From Myxococcota bacterium (GTDB taxonomy: Bacteria; Myxococcota_A; UBA796; CAJQPC01), in contig DASCPX010000027.1 of assembly GCA_036012755.1 (NCBI GenBank), forward strand, positions 32,001 to 96,000: a DNA stretch of 64,000 bases. The letters are read 5' to 3'. The notes under the pieces were generated by a model that saw only the letters and a list, made by a program, of their open reading frames with translations, did not search any database and was not told the DNA's origin. Shown one piece after another: positions 29,573 to 38,487 of this stretch (its first letter is position 1; the number at the start of each line of letters is the position of its first letter). A program made the translations under genes and the position numbers.

Positions 29573-31064
29573 GAGCGACCGGCCCGTCATCGGCCCCTAC
29601 AAAGGGCTGCGCTCCCTCGGTGGGGGCGCTGCAGGGCATGTGTGGCTGGCGATGAGCCCCGCCGGACCCGTGGCGCTGAAGACGGCGCGAACGGAGGAGG
29701 GACGCAGCTGGCTGCGGCGCGAGGCCGGCATCCTCTCGCGGCTCGATCACAAGTACGTCGTCCAGTTGGTGGACTCCGACCTCGACGGGCGTTGGCTCGC
29801 GCTGGAGTACATCGACGGACCCACCCTGGACGCCTGGGGTCGCGGGCAGCCGATCGCGACGATGGTGGAGCTCGGCGCGAGGCTCTGCGAGGCCGTCGCC
29901 CACCTCCACAACCGGGGCATCCTCCACGGTGATCTGAAGCCCTCGAACGTGATGGTCGACGAGTACGGATGCCCCCGGATCATCGACCTCGGAACGGCGC
30001 GGTTGCTCGCCGACGTGCGCGTCCCGCGGGGCTTTCACGGGACCCTCGGCTACGCGGCGCCAGAGCTGCTCAAGGCCGAGATCGCCGGGCCCGCCGCGGA
30101 CATCTACTCGCTGGGCGCCCTGCTCTACCGCCTGTTGACCGGGTCCGCGCCCTTCCGCAGCGCAGACCCGGCAGCGCTCGCCTACCTGCCCCTGTCATCG
30201 CTCCCCGAGCCCCCGAGCGCCGCCGTCCCCCGGATGCCCGCCGACCTCGACAACCTCATCCTCCAGATGATGGCGCGTCTGCCCGAGCGCCGTCCGATCC
30301 CCGCGGACGCACTCCCCGGACGCCTGCGCGCCGCCCTGCGAAGCGCCCCGGCTCCCCCGCTCGTCGGCATGACCCGGGAGCGCGAGGTGCTTCGCAAGAC
30401 GGTCGCCGCGGCTGTCGACGGCAAGCCCGGCCTCGTCGTCATTCACGGCCCCACGGGGAGCGGTCGTCACACCCTCATCCGAGAGGCCCTCTCCGCGGGA
30501 CGCCGCGAGGGGGCCGGAGTCATAGAGGGCATCCCCGACCCGCGTGGGCTGCTCGATCACCTCCGACACGCCAGCCGACCGACTCTCGTCGCGACCAGGT
30601 CAGAGGGACGCGCCACCACCGATGTCGCCGCGCGCATCCTCGGAGAGCGACTGCCCGCCCTGCTGCTCGTTCGGGCGGACCGGCCGCTGATGACCCTGAG
30701 CGCCCTGGGGGCGCGCCACCTGTCGCCCTCGACCCTCACCCCCGCGCAGGTCGCCTTGATCCTGGAGGCCTTCGGTCTCGACCCGGGTCGGGCTGTCGAG
30801 ATCCGCCGACGGACGCGTGGGCTGCCAGGTGCAGTGCTCGGCTACGCCCAGCCTCCCGCCGAGGGGATCAGCGGGCTGTCGGAAGAGCAGCGGGGGCTGC
30901 TGGAGGCCACGGCCAGCGGAAAGGTCGGCGTGGCCGAGCTGGCCAGGATGCTCGGCGTGAGCGAGCACACCATCATCGACTGGGCCGAGCCCCTGCTCGA
31001 TCTCGGCTTGCTCGAAGAGCTCGACGATGGCTCCGCGCTGCAGGCGGTCCGCGCGGGCTCGTGA
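29571..31064 (+). CDS. Ser/Thr protein kinase with degenerate P-loop domain and C-terminal wHTH-like region
   Basis: LGGGAAGHVW, VALK, HGDLKPSN, DLG, GTLGYAAPE, DIYSLG; later LVGMTRE..GPTGSGRH. Confidence 0.88.
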   Translation: MSDRPVIGPYKGLRSLGGGAAGHVWLAMSPAGPVALKTARTEEGRSWLRREAGILSRLDHKYVVQLVDSDLDGRWLALEYIDGPTLDAWGRGQPIATMVELGARLCEAVAHLHNRGILHGDLKPSNVMVDEYGCPRIIDLGTARLLADVRVPRGFHGTLGYAAPELLKAEIAGPAADIYSLGALLYRLLTGSAPFRSADPAALAYLPLSSLPEPPSAAVPRMPADLDNLILQMMARLPERRPIPADALPGRLRAALRSAPAPPLVGMTREREVLRKTVAAAVDGKPGLVVIHGPTGSGRHTLIREALSAGRREGAGVIEGIPDPRGLLDHLRHASRPTLVATRSEGRATTDVAARILGERLPALLLVRADRPLMTLSALGARHLSPSTLTPAQVALILEAFGLDPGRAVEIRRRTRGLPGAVLGYAQPPAEGISGLSEEQRGLLEATASGKVGVAELARMLGVSEHTIIDWAEPLLDLGLLEELDDGSALQAVRAGS

Positions 31065-31091
31065 TAGCAGGCGGCCTTGCCAGAGGGCGCC

Positions 31092-31619
31092 ATGCGCATC
31101 CACAGCGAGTCGATAATCAACCACTCCCGCGATGCCGTCTTCGAGGCCTATCGAGACCGCTTGACAGAGATCGCTCCATACATCCCCGACATCGGGCAGA
31201 TCGTCGTCGAGAGCCGATCCGATCACCCGGACAAGGTCGAGCTCCACAACGTCTGGATCGCAGAGCGCGAGGTCCCGGCCTACGCGAGGGCGTTCATCCG
31301 ACCCGACATGCTGCGCTGGGACGACTTCGCCACCTGGCACGAGACCACGAAGAAGTGCAGCTGGCGGCTGAGGATCCGCGCCTTCCCGGACAGCGTCAGG
31401 TGCTCCGGCACCAACACCTTCTCGGAGCTGGGTCCCAACCGGACCAGGGTCCTGCTCGAGGGCGACCTCCAGATCGACGTGAAGAAGATCCCAGGCGTGC
31501 CGCGCCTCGTCGCCGGCCGCGTGGGGCCGAAGGTCGAGCAGTTCATCGTCAGCCTCATCACGCCCAACCTGGAGCGCGTGAACTCCAGCCTGGGGCGCTT
31601 CCTGGACGACCAGGGTTGA
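31092..31619 (+). CDS. START/SRPBCC-like (DUF2505-like) protein
   Basis: MRIHSESIINHSRDAVFEAYRD, beta-sheet core, long C-terminal helix. Confidence 0.65.
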   Translation: MRIHSESIINHSRDAVFEAYRDRLTEIAPYIPDIGQIVVESRSDHPDKVELHNVWIAEREVPAYARAFIRPDMLRWDDFATWHETTKKCSWRLRIRAFPDSVRCSGTNTFSELGPNRTRVLLEGDLQIDVKKIPGVPRLVAGRVGPKVEQFIVSLITPNLERVNSSLGRFLDDQG

Positions 31620-32749
31620 AGACCTCCGGCTGGCTGCCGGTCTCGGACATCGAGGTCCAGGGCGACCCGGCGCTCGCGGAGGCGCTCGCGGAGGCGCTGT
31701 CGCAAGCGGGCAGCTGGGACCGCCTCACTCATGGCTTCCACACCTACCCGGCCGGCATGCACCCCCAGTGCGCGCGGATCCTGGTGGAGCTCTCGCAGGG
31801 TCCGGTGCACGACCCCTTCTGCGGCGGAGGGACCACCCTGGTCGAGGCCCTGGCCGCCGGACGCAGGACCAGCGGTGCGGATCTGAGCCCCGTGGCGGTG
31901 ATGGTCGCGGCGGGCCGGACGGCCCTGTGCTCACCGGAGCGCATCCGTCGCTTTCGCGGAGCCGGCCGCCGCATCTGCGAGGACGCCAAGCGCTGGCAGA
32001 CGCTGCCGCGTGACTCTGCCACCAGAGCGCACTCGACCTGGTACGAGCGGCACGTGGCGATGGAGCTGGAGGGCATCCGCCAGGGCATCCGCCACGCCCC
32101 GGCCGAGGTGCGCGATCTCCTGCGACTGTCGCTGTCGTCCATCCTCGTGAAGGTCAGCCACCGGCGGAGTGACACGAGCAGCAAGCGGGACCCGCGCCAT
32201 CGCGCCCCCGGGACGACCGCCATCCTCTTCCACAAGAAGGTGCGTGAGCTGGGGCGGCGCCTCGAAGGGCTCGCCTCGGCGGTGCCCGAGGGGACCCGGG
32301 CTGCCGTCATCGACTGCGCCGATGCGAAAGACCACGGGCCCGCGGAGCCGGTGGGCGCGCTCATCACCTCGCCCCCCTACCCGGCCGTCTACGACTACCT
32401 TCCGCTGCAGCGTCTGCGCTGCGCCTGGCTGGCGATGGAGCCACGCCTCGCGGCCGAGATGGGCTCCCGGAGGGCCTTCGCCGCGGACCCGAAGAAGGCC
32501 TGGCACCGCTGGCGGCAGGATCTCCAGACCTGGATGGACCGTGTGCCTGGCCAGCTCGGCGCCGGTGGAACGCTGAGCGTCGTCATCGGCGACGGCTTCG
32601 CCAAGGGCAAGGTGATCGACGCCAGGCTCCCACTGGAAGAGGCCGCGCGAGCTGCGGGACTTCACCTGTTGGCCCGAGCCTCCGGCGGCCGCGTCGATGA
32701 CGGGCCCGGTGTTATCCGCCGCGAACACATCCTGACTCTCGGACGCTGA
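31616..32749 (+). CDS. SAM-dependent DNA amino-methyltransferase (probable N4-cytosine)
   Basis: THGFHTYPA, DPFCGGGTT (motif I), ITSPPY (motif IV); TTGA-coupled start. Confidence 0.8.
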   Translation: MKTSGWLPVSDIEVQGDPALAEALAEALSQAGSWDRLTHGFHTYPAGMHPQCARILVELSQGPVHDPFCGGGTTLVEALAAGRRTSGADLSPVAVMVAAGRTALCSPERIRRFRGAGRRICEDAKRWQTLPRDSATRAHSTWYERHVAMELEGIRQGIRHAPAEVRDLLRLSLSSILVKVSHRRSDTSSKRDPRHRAPGTTAILFHKKVRELGRRLEGLASAVPEGTRAAVIDCADAKDHGPAEPVGALITSPPYPAVYDYLPLQRLRCAWLAMEPRLAAEMGSRRAFAADPKKAWHRWRQDLQTWMDRVPGQLGAGGTLSVVIGDGFAKGKVIDARLPLEEAARAAGLHLLARASGGRVDDGPGVIRREHILTLGR

Positions 32750-32751
32750 TC

Positions 32752-33102
32752 ATGAACGATCTCCATGACCTGCAGGCCAAGGTGCGAGCCTTCTCCGAGG
32801 AACGCGACTGGGCCAGGTACCACTGCCCCCGCAACCTCGCGATGGCGGTCTCCGTCGAATCCAACGAGCTACTCGAGCTCTACCTGTGGTCCACGGACGA
32901 GGGCCCCCAGCCCGCCGTCGAGGGACGCAAGGCTCGGGTCGCATCAGAGATGGCGGACGTGCTCATCTGTCTCCTCGGCCTCGCGGAGGCCACGGGCGTC
33001 GACCTCGGCGAAGCGGTGGTGGCCAAGCTCGCGCGGAACGCGGAGAAGTACCCGGCTGACAAGGTGCGTGGCCGCATGGAGAAGTACGACGAGTACGACT
33101 GA
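32752..33102 (+). CDS. MazG-like/dCTP pyrophosphatase-type nucleotide pyrophosphohydrolase
   Basis: FSEERDW..YH.PRNL..VESNELLE, EMADV, KLARNAEKYP. Confidence 0.9.
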   Translation: MNDLHDLQAKVRAFSEERDWARYHCPRNLAMAVSVESNELLELYLWSTDEGPQPAVEGRKARVASEMADVLICLLGLAEATGVDLGEAVVAKLARNAEKYPADKVRGRMEKYDEYD

Positions 33103-33123
33103 CCCAGGCGCCTGGGCGTCTCG

Positions 33124-33924
33124 CTAGGAGCGCGCGGCCTGCTCGTGGTCCTCGATCTGGAGCTGCGAGAAACCAAACTTCACCTTGAGCGTGACGTACT
33201 CCTCGTTGATGTCCAGGATGATGTCCGTCACGCGCATCTGGAGCTTCAGCGCCGATGTGGCGCCACCGATGGCCTCGTCCACCTGCTTCTTCGGCAGCAC
33301 GGTGAGGGGGTTCACCTGCGGCAGTCCCTTGGCCTCGATGACCTTGCCGATGATGTCGTTGGCGATGCGCAGCAGGATGTTCTCGCCGAGATCGATGCCG
33401 ACGTCCTTGACGTTGCCGACGATGGCCTCCTGTTGCGGGTCGTAGTGGATGTCTCCGAGCCCCACCTCCGCGCCGACGCGCTTCTCGATGCGGAAGGGGA
33501 CCTCGATGTTCTGGTCCAGCAGCGTCGCGGTGCCGTGGGCGACGAGCACGGCGTGGGCTTCCAGCGCCAGCTTCTGGTGGGCGAACTTGAACTCGCTGCC
33601 CTTGTCGTCGATGTGGATCTCCCAGTCCCCTTCGACGCGGACGAGGCGATCGAGGGTGTCGTAGACCTGCTCACGGCGGTTTCCCCAGGCATCGCGCGCC
33701 CGGTCCTTCACACGGACGAGGGCCTCGTTCTGCGGGCCCTCCAGCAGCCCGGCGACCTTCTCCTTCACTTGGAGCTGCCGGGCAGCGTCGCGCAGGTTCT
33801 CGGTGAGGTTGAAGGGCCCCTTCTTGACCTCCATCGGCAGCGCCTCGCCGAGGAGCTTCGTGAAGAGGCTGTTCCCGATGGACATCGAGAAGTCGTAGCT
33901 CTCGCCGATCTGCCGCTGCGTCAT
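33124..33924 (-). CDS. Hypothetical protein
   Basis: GGAGG RBS, strong codon bias, no recognised motif. Confidence 0.7.
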   Translation of the reverse strand: MTQRQIGESYDFSMSIGNSLFTKLLGEALPMEVKKGPFNLTENLRDAARQLQVKEKVAGLLEGPQNEALVRVKDRARDAWGNRREQVYDTLDRLVRVEGDWEIHIDDKGSEFKFAHQKLALEAHAVLVAHGTATLLDQNIEVPFRIEKRVGAEVGLGDIHYDPQQEAIVGNVKDVGIDLGENILLRIANDIIGKVIEAKGLPQVNPLTVLPKKQVDEAIGGATSALKLQMRVTDIILDINEEYVTLKVKFGFSQLQIEDHEQAARS

Positions 33925-33973
33925 GCCGCCTCCACCTGGGCTCTGAATAGTACAGCGGGGTGTCGGCGTTGCC

Positions 33974-34756
33974 TCAATCGGACCAGCTCAACAGCTCTGC
34001 AGACTCGCCGATGTAGACAGTGCCGGCGTGCTTGTCGGCGAGGCTGCTCGAGACCGAGCCGTCGTTGTCGGAGATGATCTCCAGGGTGTCGGTGAAGGTC
34101 CCCGCGGGGGTGTCCACGTCGCCACCCTCTGCGATCTCGTAGCTCAGCGACCAGGTGTAGTCCTGCTGTTGGTCGGGTCCGGAGGAGCTGGAAGTGGCGG
34201 TGGTGCCGCTGACCGTGTTGGACCAGGTGTCGCCCGCGGCGGGATCCTCGGGCAGCACCATCCACCCGCCACCGGCGTAGGTGGTGACGGACTCGGACCA
34301 GTAGACGGTCCCGGAGATGGAGTAGTCAGCGCGGGTCTCGGAACCCACCAGGTACATCCCGCCGTCGCAGCGGTAGGTCGAGGTGCCCCCATAGGTGTAG
34401 TAGTCGAAGCTGCCGTTTTCGATCTCTCCCTCGTATTCGACGACGACGTTGGAGCCGTTGATGCTCCTGACCTCGGACCACCAGGCGGCGTCCTGGCCGA
34501 CCTCGGCGACGTACTCGTCCGTGTATTGCCAGCTCCAGCTCGCCCCCTCCTTCATGCCGCTGTACTTCGGGCAAGGCGAGCCCCACCCTCCCCCTTGTTC
34601 GCTGTCATCGCTCCAGGTGCTGTCGTCGCTCTCGCCCCCGCCTCCACCGGGCCGCTCTGTCACGCCGCTGTCGGCGGGTGTGCGCCCTCCCCCACAGGCG
34701 AGGACGGCGGCGCCGACGCAGGCGACGTACAACAGGTGTCTACGGCGATGTCTCAT
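33974..34756 (-). CDS. Hypothetical lipoprotein (beta-rich)
   Basis: Basic n-region, AAVLA-C lipobox, VDTPAGTF motif. Confidence 0.7.
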   Translation of the reverse strand: MRHRRRHLLYVACVGAAVLACGGGRTPADSGVTERPGGGGGESDDSTWSDDSEQGGGWGSPCPKYSGMKEGASWSWQYTDEYVAEVGQDAAWWSEVRSINGSNVVVEYEGEIENGSFDYYTYGGTSTYRCDGGMYLVGSETRADYSISGTVYWSESVTTYAGGGWMVLPEDPAAGDTWSNTVSGTTATSSSSGPDQQQDYTWSLSYEIAEGGDVDTPAGTFTDTLEIISDNDGSVSSSLADKHAGTVYIGESAELLSWSD

Positions 34757-34814
34757 GGCCCTGCCTCGATCCGCGTGCTAGTGGCGCCGCCACCGTAATC
34801 CTCAGGGGCACGCC

Positions 34815-35228
34815 ATGCAGCGAACTCTCAGCATCATCAAGCCGGACGCTACCGCCAAGGGTGTGATCGGCCCCATCATCGCTCGCTTCGAGGAGGAGGG
34901 CCTCCGCGTGTGCGCGATGAAGAAGATCCACATGAGCAAGCGGGTGGCCGAGGGCTTCTACGCCGTCCACCGGGGACGCCCCTTCTACGGTGAGCTGACC
35001 GACTTCATGTCCAGCGGCCCCTGCGTGGTGATGGTCCTCGAAGGTGACGACGCCATCCAGCGAAACCGCACCATCATGGGCGCGACCAACCCCGCGGACG
35101 CTGCGCCGGGCACCCTCCGCCGGCTCTACGCATCCAGCATCGGCGAGAACGCAGTGCACGGCTCGGACGCTCCAGAGACCGCGGCCACCGAGATCGCGTA
35201 CTTCTTCGCCGGAACCGAGCTCCACTGA
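34815..35228 (+). CDS. ndk: Nucleoside diphosphate kinase
   Basis: [38 protein letters not shown]. Confidence 0.97.
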   Translation: MQRTLSIIKPDATAKGVIGPIIARFEEEGLRVCAMKKIHMSKRVAEGFYAVHRGRPFYGELTDFMSSGPCVVMVLEGDDAIQRNRTIMGATNPADAAPGTLRRLYASSIGENAVHGSDAPETAATEIAYFFAGTELH

Positions 35229-35357
35229 GCAGATCACGGCGAGCGGGTGCGACCTGGAGATCCCAGTGCCGCGACGCGGGCACCCCACGTCGGGCGTTCA
35301 AACACTTGAAATCTGGTCTCTCGGCTTGGCCCGGCTCTTGCTAATGTGCGAGATACG

Positions 35358-35801
35358 GTGACCTTTATCCTCGCCCTCATTGCGTGCGCTGGCTTCGGCC
35401 TCGACCAGTACGAGGCTGACGCAGGCGTCGCGGGCGCCCTCGCCGAGCTGACGCCACAGGAGTCGGTGCAGTTCCCGCCGACCTCCGCCTACAGCAACTA
35501 TGGGGGCGAATCCGAGATCGTCATCTACAGCGCCGGCGACATGCCGCTCGCGGTTCACGGCATCTTCATCGATGGCCTCGACTCGGAGAACTTCGAGCTC
35601 CCCGACCTCCCGCTCCCGATCATGCTGGAGCCGGGCTTCGAGTTCCCCGCGCGCATCTACTTCCTCCCAGATGCCCAGGGCTCGTACTCGGCCGACATCA
35701 CCGTCGTGACGGCTGGCAACCTCGAGGAGGTCACCGTCACCCGGCGGCTCATCGGCGACGGCTGCTACGATCGCGAGCCCGACGGCATCTGCGACGACTG
35801 A
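35358..35801 (+). CDS. Hypothetical lipoprotein with Ig-like (ASH/choice-of-anchor D-like) domain
   Basis: LALIA-C; GDMPLAV, LEPG, F.P...G.YSA.I.V...LIGDG. Confidence 0.6.
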   Translation: MTFILALIACAGFGLDQYEADAGVAGALAELTPQESVQFPPTSAYSNYGGESEIVIYSAGDMPLAVHGIFIDGLDSENFELPDLPLPIMLEPGFEFPARIYFLPDAQGSYSADITVVTAGNLEEVTVTRRLIGDGCYDREPDGICDD

Positions 35802-35843
35802 GCCAGCGACCTCGGTTCGCTGTAGTCTTCGGCCACCGAAGCC

Positions 35844-37421
35844 GTGACCGACTACCCCGCCATCTTCCGCTCACCATCGATCCCGGCGGTCGCGGACGCG
35901 CTCGTCGGGCGCTGGGAGATGAGAGCCGAGGACATGGACGTGGTGGCGCTCGCCGAGCTCCTGGCGGACACCGTCTACCTCGAGCGGCTGCGCTTCGAGG
36001 AGGAGGTGGGACACGAGGAGGAGGTCGCAGATATCGACGCGGCGGCGCGGGCCGTGGCCCAGGGCAGTCGCGGGGCGCTGACGACCTCTCTTCGGCGGCT
36101 CGTGCGGGCCTATGCAGAGGAGATCCACCATCCCTTCTCGAGTCGGGCCTATGGGCTCGTCACCCGGGTCCTGCCGACAGCCCTGACCAACCTGGTGACC
36201 GCTGGCGACCCCCGGCGCTTGCTGCTCAGACAGACCGATCCGGGCTCTCGCATCGCCATCGGCGGAGACGTCGAAGCCGTGAAGGCGCTCGCCGAGAAGG
36301 GGACGCTGATCCTGGCCCCGACCCACCTGTCGAACCTGGACTCACCGCTCATCGGGTACGTCCTGTTCCGCTCCGGTCTGCCCCCCTTCGCCTACGGTGC
36401 GGGGCTGAACCTGTTCAACAACCCGATGATGGCCTTCTGGATGAGCAGGCTCGGCGCCTACACGGTGGACCGACGGAAGCGGGGGCGGATCTACAAGCAG
36501 ACGCTCAAGGACTACTCGGTCGAGATCCTCGGCCGGGGCTGTCACAGCCTGTTCTTTCCAGGCGGCACCCGGTCTCGCAGCGGGCGCATCGAGTCCAAGC
36601 TCAAGAAGGGGCTGCTCGGCACCGGACTCCTGGCCTGGCAGGAGAGCATCGCCGCCGGCGCCGGGAGGGATGTCTTCGTCGTGCCGTTGACGCTCTCCAC
36701 GTCGCTCGTGCTGGAGGCGGAGACCCTCGTGCGCGACAGCCTCTGTCGCGAGGGCAAGCAGCGCTTCATCATCGCGGACGACGAGTTCAGTCAGCCTGGG
36801 CGCGTCGCCAGCTACCTCTCCCGGGTCGCCAACCTCGACGAGTCCGTCCACGTCACCTTCGGGACGGTGCTCGACCCGGTCGGCAACCCTGTCGACCGCG
36901 AGGGCAGGAGCCTGGGACCCTCGGGCGAGGTGATCGAGCGGTCTCGCTTCGTGGTCGACGCCGACGGTCGGGTCGAGTGGGATGCGCAACGAGACCGCGT
37001 CTATACCGAGCGGCTGTCGCGTGCGCTCGTCAAGGCCTACCACAGGGACAGCGTCGCCCTGCCGACCCATGTGGCCGCCCTCGCGGCGTGGCGCCTGCTG
37101 CAGCGGGCCAACCCCGAGCTCGGCACCTTCCAGCTGGTGCGTATCGCGCGCTCCGGCCGCCAGCTGGAGCGGACAACGCTGGTCCGGGAGATCGAAGAGG
37201 TGAGCAACGAGGTGGCCACGCTCAGGCAGCGCCGGCGCATCCGCAGCGCGCTGCCCCGCGACGCAGACTCGCTGTTGGACCTCGCGATCCAGCGCTTCGC
37301 CAGCTACCACACACGCAAGGCCCTCGCGGCGACGGGCCCCCGAATCACGATCGACCCCGAGCTGTTGCTGTTCTACCGGAACCGGCTGCACGGCTACGGT
37401 CTCGAGGGCGCCCAGCCGTGA
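35844..37421 (+). CDS. Glycerol-3-phosphate acyltransferase (PlsB/GPAT-like)
   Basis: PTHLSNLD (HX4D), GAGLNL, LGAYTVDR, FFPGGTRSRSG. Confidence 0.88.
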   Translation: MTDYPAIFRSPSIPAVADALVGRWEMRAEDMDVVALAELLADTVYLERLRFEEEVGHEEEVADIDAAARAVAQGSRGALTTSLRRLVRAYAEEIHHPFSSRAYGLVTRVLPTALTNLVTAGDPRRLLLRQTDPGSRIAIGGDVEAVKALAEKGTLILAPTHLSNLDSPLIGYVLFRSGLPPFAYGAGLNLFNNPMMAFWMSRLGAYTVDRRKRGRIYKQTLKDYSVEILGRGCHSLFFPGGTRSRSGRIESKLKKGLLGTGLLAWQESIAAGAGRDVFVVPLTLSTSLVLEAETLVRDSLCREGKQRFIIADDEFSQPGRVASYLSRVANLDESVHVTFGTVLDPVGNPVDREGRSLGPSGEVIERSRFVVDADGRVEWDAQRDRVYTERLSRALVKAYHRDSVALPTHVAALAAWRLLQRANPELGTFQLVRIARSGRQLERTTLVREIEEVSNEVATLRQRRRIRSALPRDADSLLDLAIQRFASYHTRKALAATGPRITIDPELLLFYRNRLHGYGLEGAQP

Positions 37422-38317
37422 AGGTCGGTGTCGTCGGCGGCGGACCCATCGCCCAGGCGCTCACTGCGCTTGCCCTCGAGGCAGGCAACGATGCGCTCCT
37501 CGCCGGCAAGCGCGTGCGCCGGAGGCTGCCGCTCTGCGATGACGTTGCGGAGATCGGCGCCTTCTCGGATCTCGTCCTGATCGCCCTGCCCGCCTGGGAG
37601 ATCCGGCGGACACTGGAGCTGCTGCGACTGGAGCCTCGCCACCGCTGCGTGCTCTTCACCCGGGGCCTCGACAGCGAGACCGGCCGCTGGCTCACCCACA
37701 TCGTGCCCAAGCTCAGCCCCTGTGTCCGCGTCGGCGTGATGGCCGGTCCGCTCGTCGCCGCAGAGGTCTTCAAGGGCATCCCCACGGCGGTCGTCGCCGC
37801 GAGCGAGTACCGCGACGTCGGTCGCATGACGCAGGACGGCCTCCACAGTCCGCGCTGCCGCGTCTACACCTCTCTCGATCCCTACGCGGTCGAGCTCGCC
37901 GCGACCATGGTCGCCGTCCTGGCAGTCGCGGTCGGGATCTCCGACGGCATGGGCCTGGGAGTTGGGACGCGCGGAATAGTCGTCGCGCGTGGACTGGCCG
38001 AGGCGAGTCGGCTCGCGGGTGCCCTTGCCGTCGATCCCGGGGGGCTGATGGGCCTCGCTGGCTTGGGCGAACTCTTCGCTGCCACCTCCCACCCCAAGCA
38101 CCCGGCCTACCTCGACGGCCGCGCCATCCTCGATGGACAGGACCGAAAGAAGTCCGAGCCCATTCGAGCGGCCGCGACCGCGCTGGCGGTGGCCAGGGCA
38201 AACGGCGTTGAACTCCCGCTGACCGCGGCGATCCACGCCATCGCCCACGGCAAGCTCGGAGCACATGACGCTCTCACCATGCTCATGGAACGGCCTGCCC
38301 AGGAGGGCGAGCTCTGA
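37418..38317 (+). CDS. GpsA-like NAD(P)H glycerol-3-phosphate dehydrogenase homolog (degenerate active site)
   Basis: KVGVVGGG, AGP..A.EV..G.PTAVV, RVYTSLD, GISDGMGLG, GLAEASRL, ELPLT; GTGA-coupled start. Confidence 0.8.
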   Translation: MKVGVVGGGPIAQALTALALEAGNDALLAGKRVRRRLPLCDDVAEIGAFSDLVLIALPAWEIRRTLELLRLEPRHRCVLFTRGLDSETGRWLTHIVPKLSPCVRVGVMAGPLVAAEVFKGIPTAVVAASEYRDVGRMTQDGLHSPRCRVYTSLDPYAVELAATMVAVLAVAVGISDGMGLGVGTRGIVVARGLAEASRLAGALAVDPGGLMGLAGLGELFAATSHPKHPAYLDGRAILDGQDRKKSEPIRAAATALAVARANGVELPLTAAIHAIAHGKLGAHDALTMLMERPAQEGEL

Positions 38318-38319
38318 GG

Positions 38320-38487
38320 CTGGCCGAGGTGGACATGCCCAGCGGCGACATCGTCTGGCAGGCGGAATTCACCAGCCAGGCATGGGTCTACCGAGCGGAC
38401 CGCCTCGGCGGCTGCGAGGCCTTTGCCAACGAGCGCTACTGCCCCGAACTGGTCGACGAATTGCGGGGGGGGCCGGTACTGCCTTGA
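38320..38487 (+). pseudogene. C-terminal gene remnant, possibly arylsulfotransferase-like beta-propeller
   Basis: Reads LAEVDMPSGDIVWQAEFTSQAWVYRADRLGGCEAFANERYCPELVDELRGGPVLP* with no matching 5' part; EV...VW...YRAxR resembles ASST C-termini. Confidence 0.45.

Noticed and set aside
29969..32749. 926-aa ORF, and likewise the extended versions 23363-26515, 22701-24245, 867-2354, 36977-38317, 45644-46795 and 58684-59736
   Set aside because: The N-terminal extensions overlap neighbouring real genes in other frames; downstream (mostly coupled) starts are more plausible.
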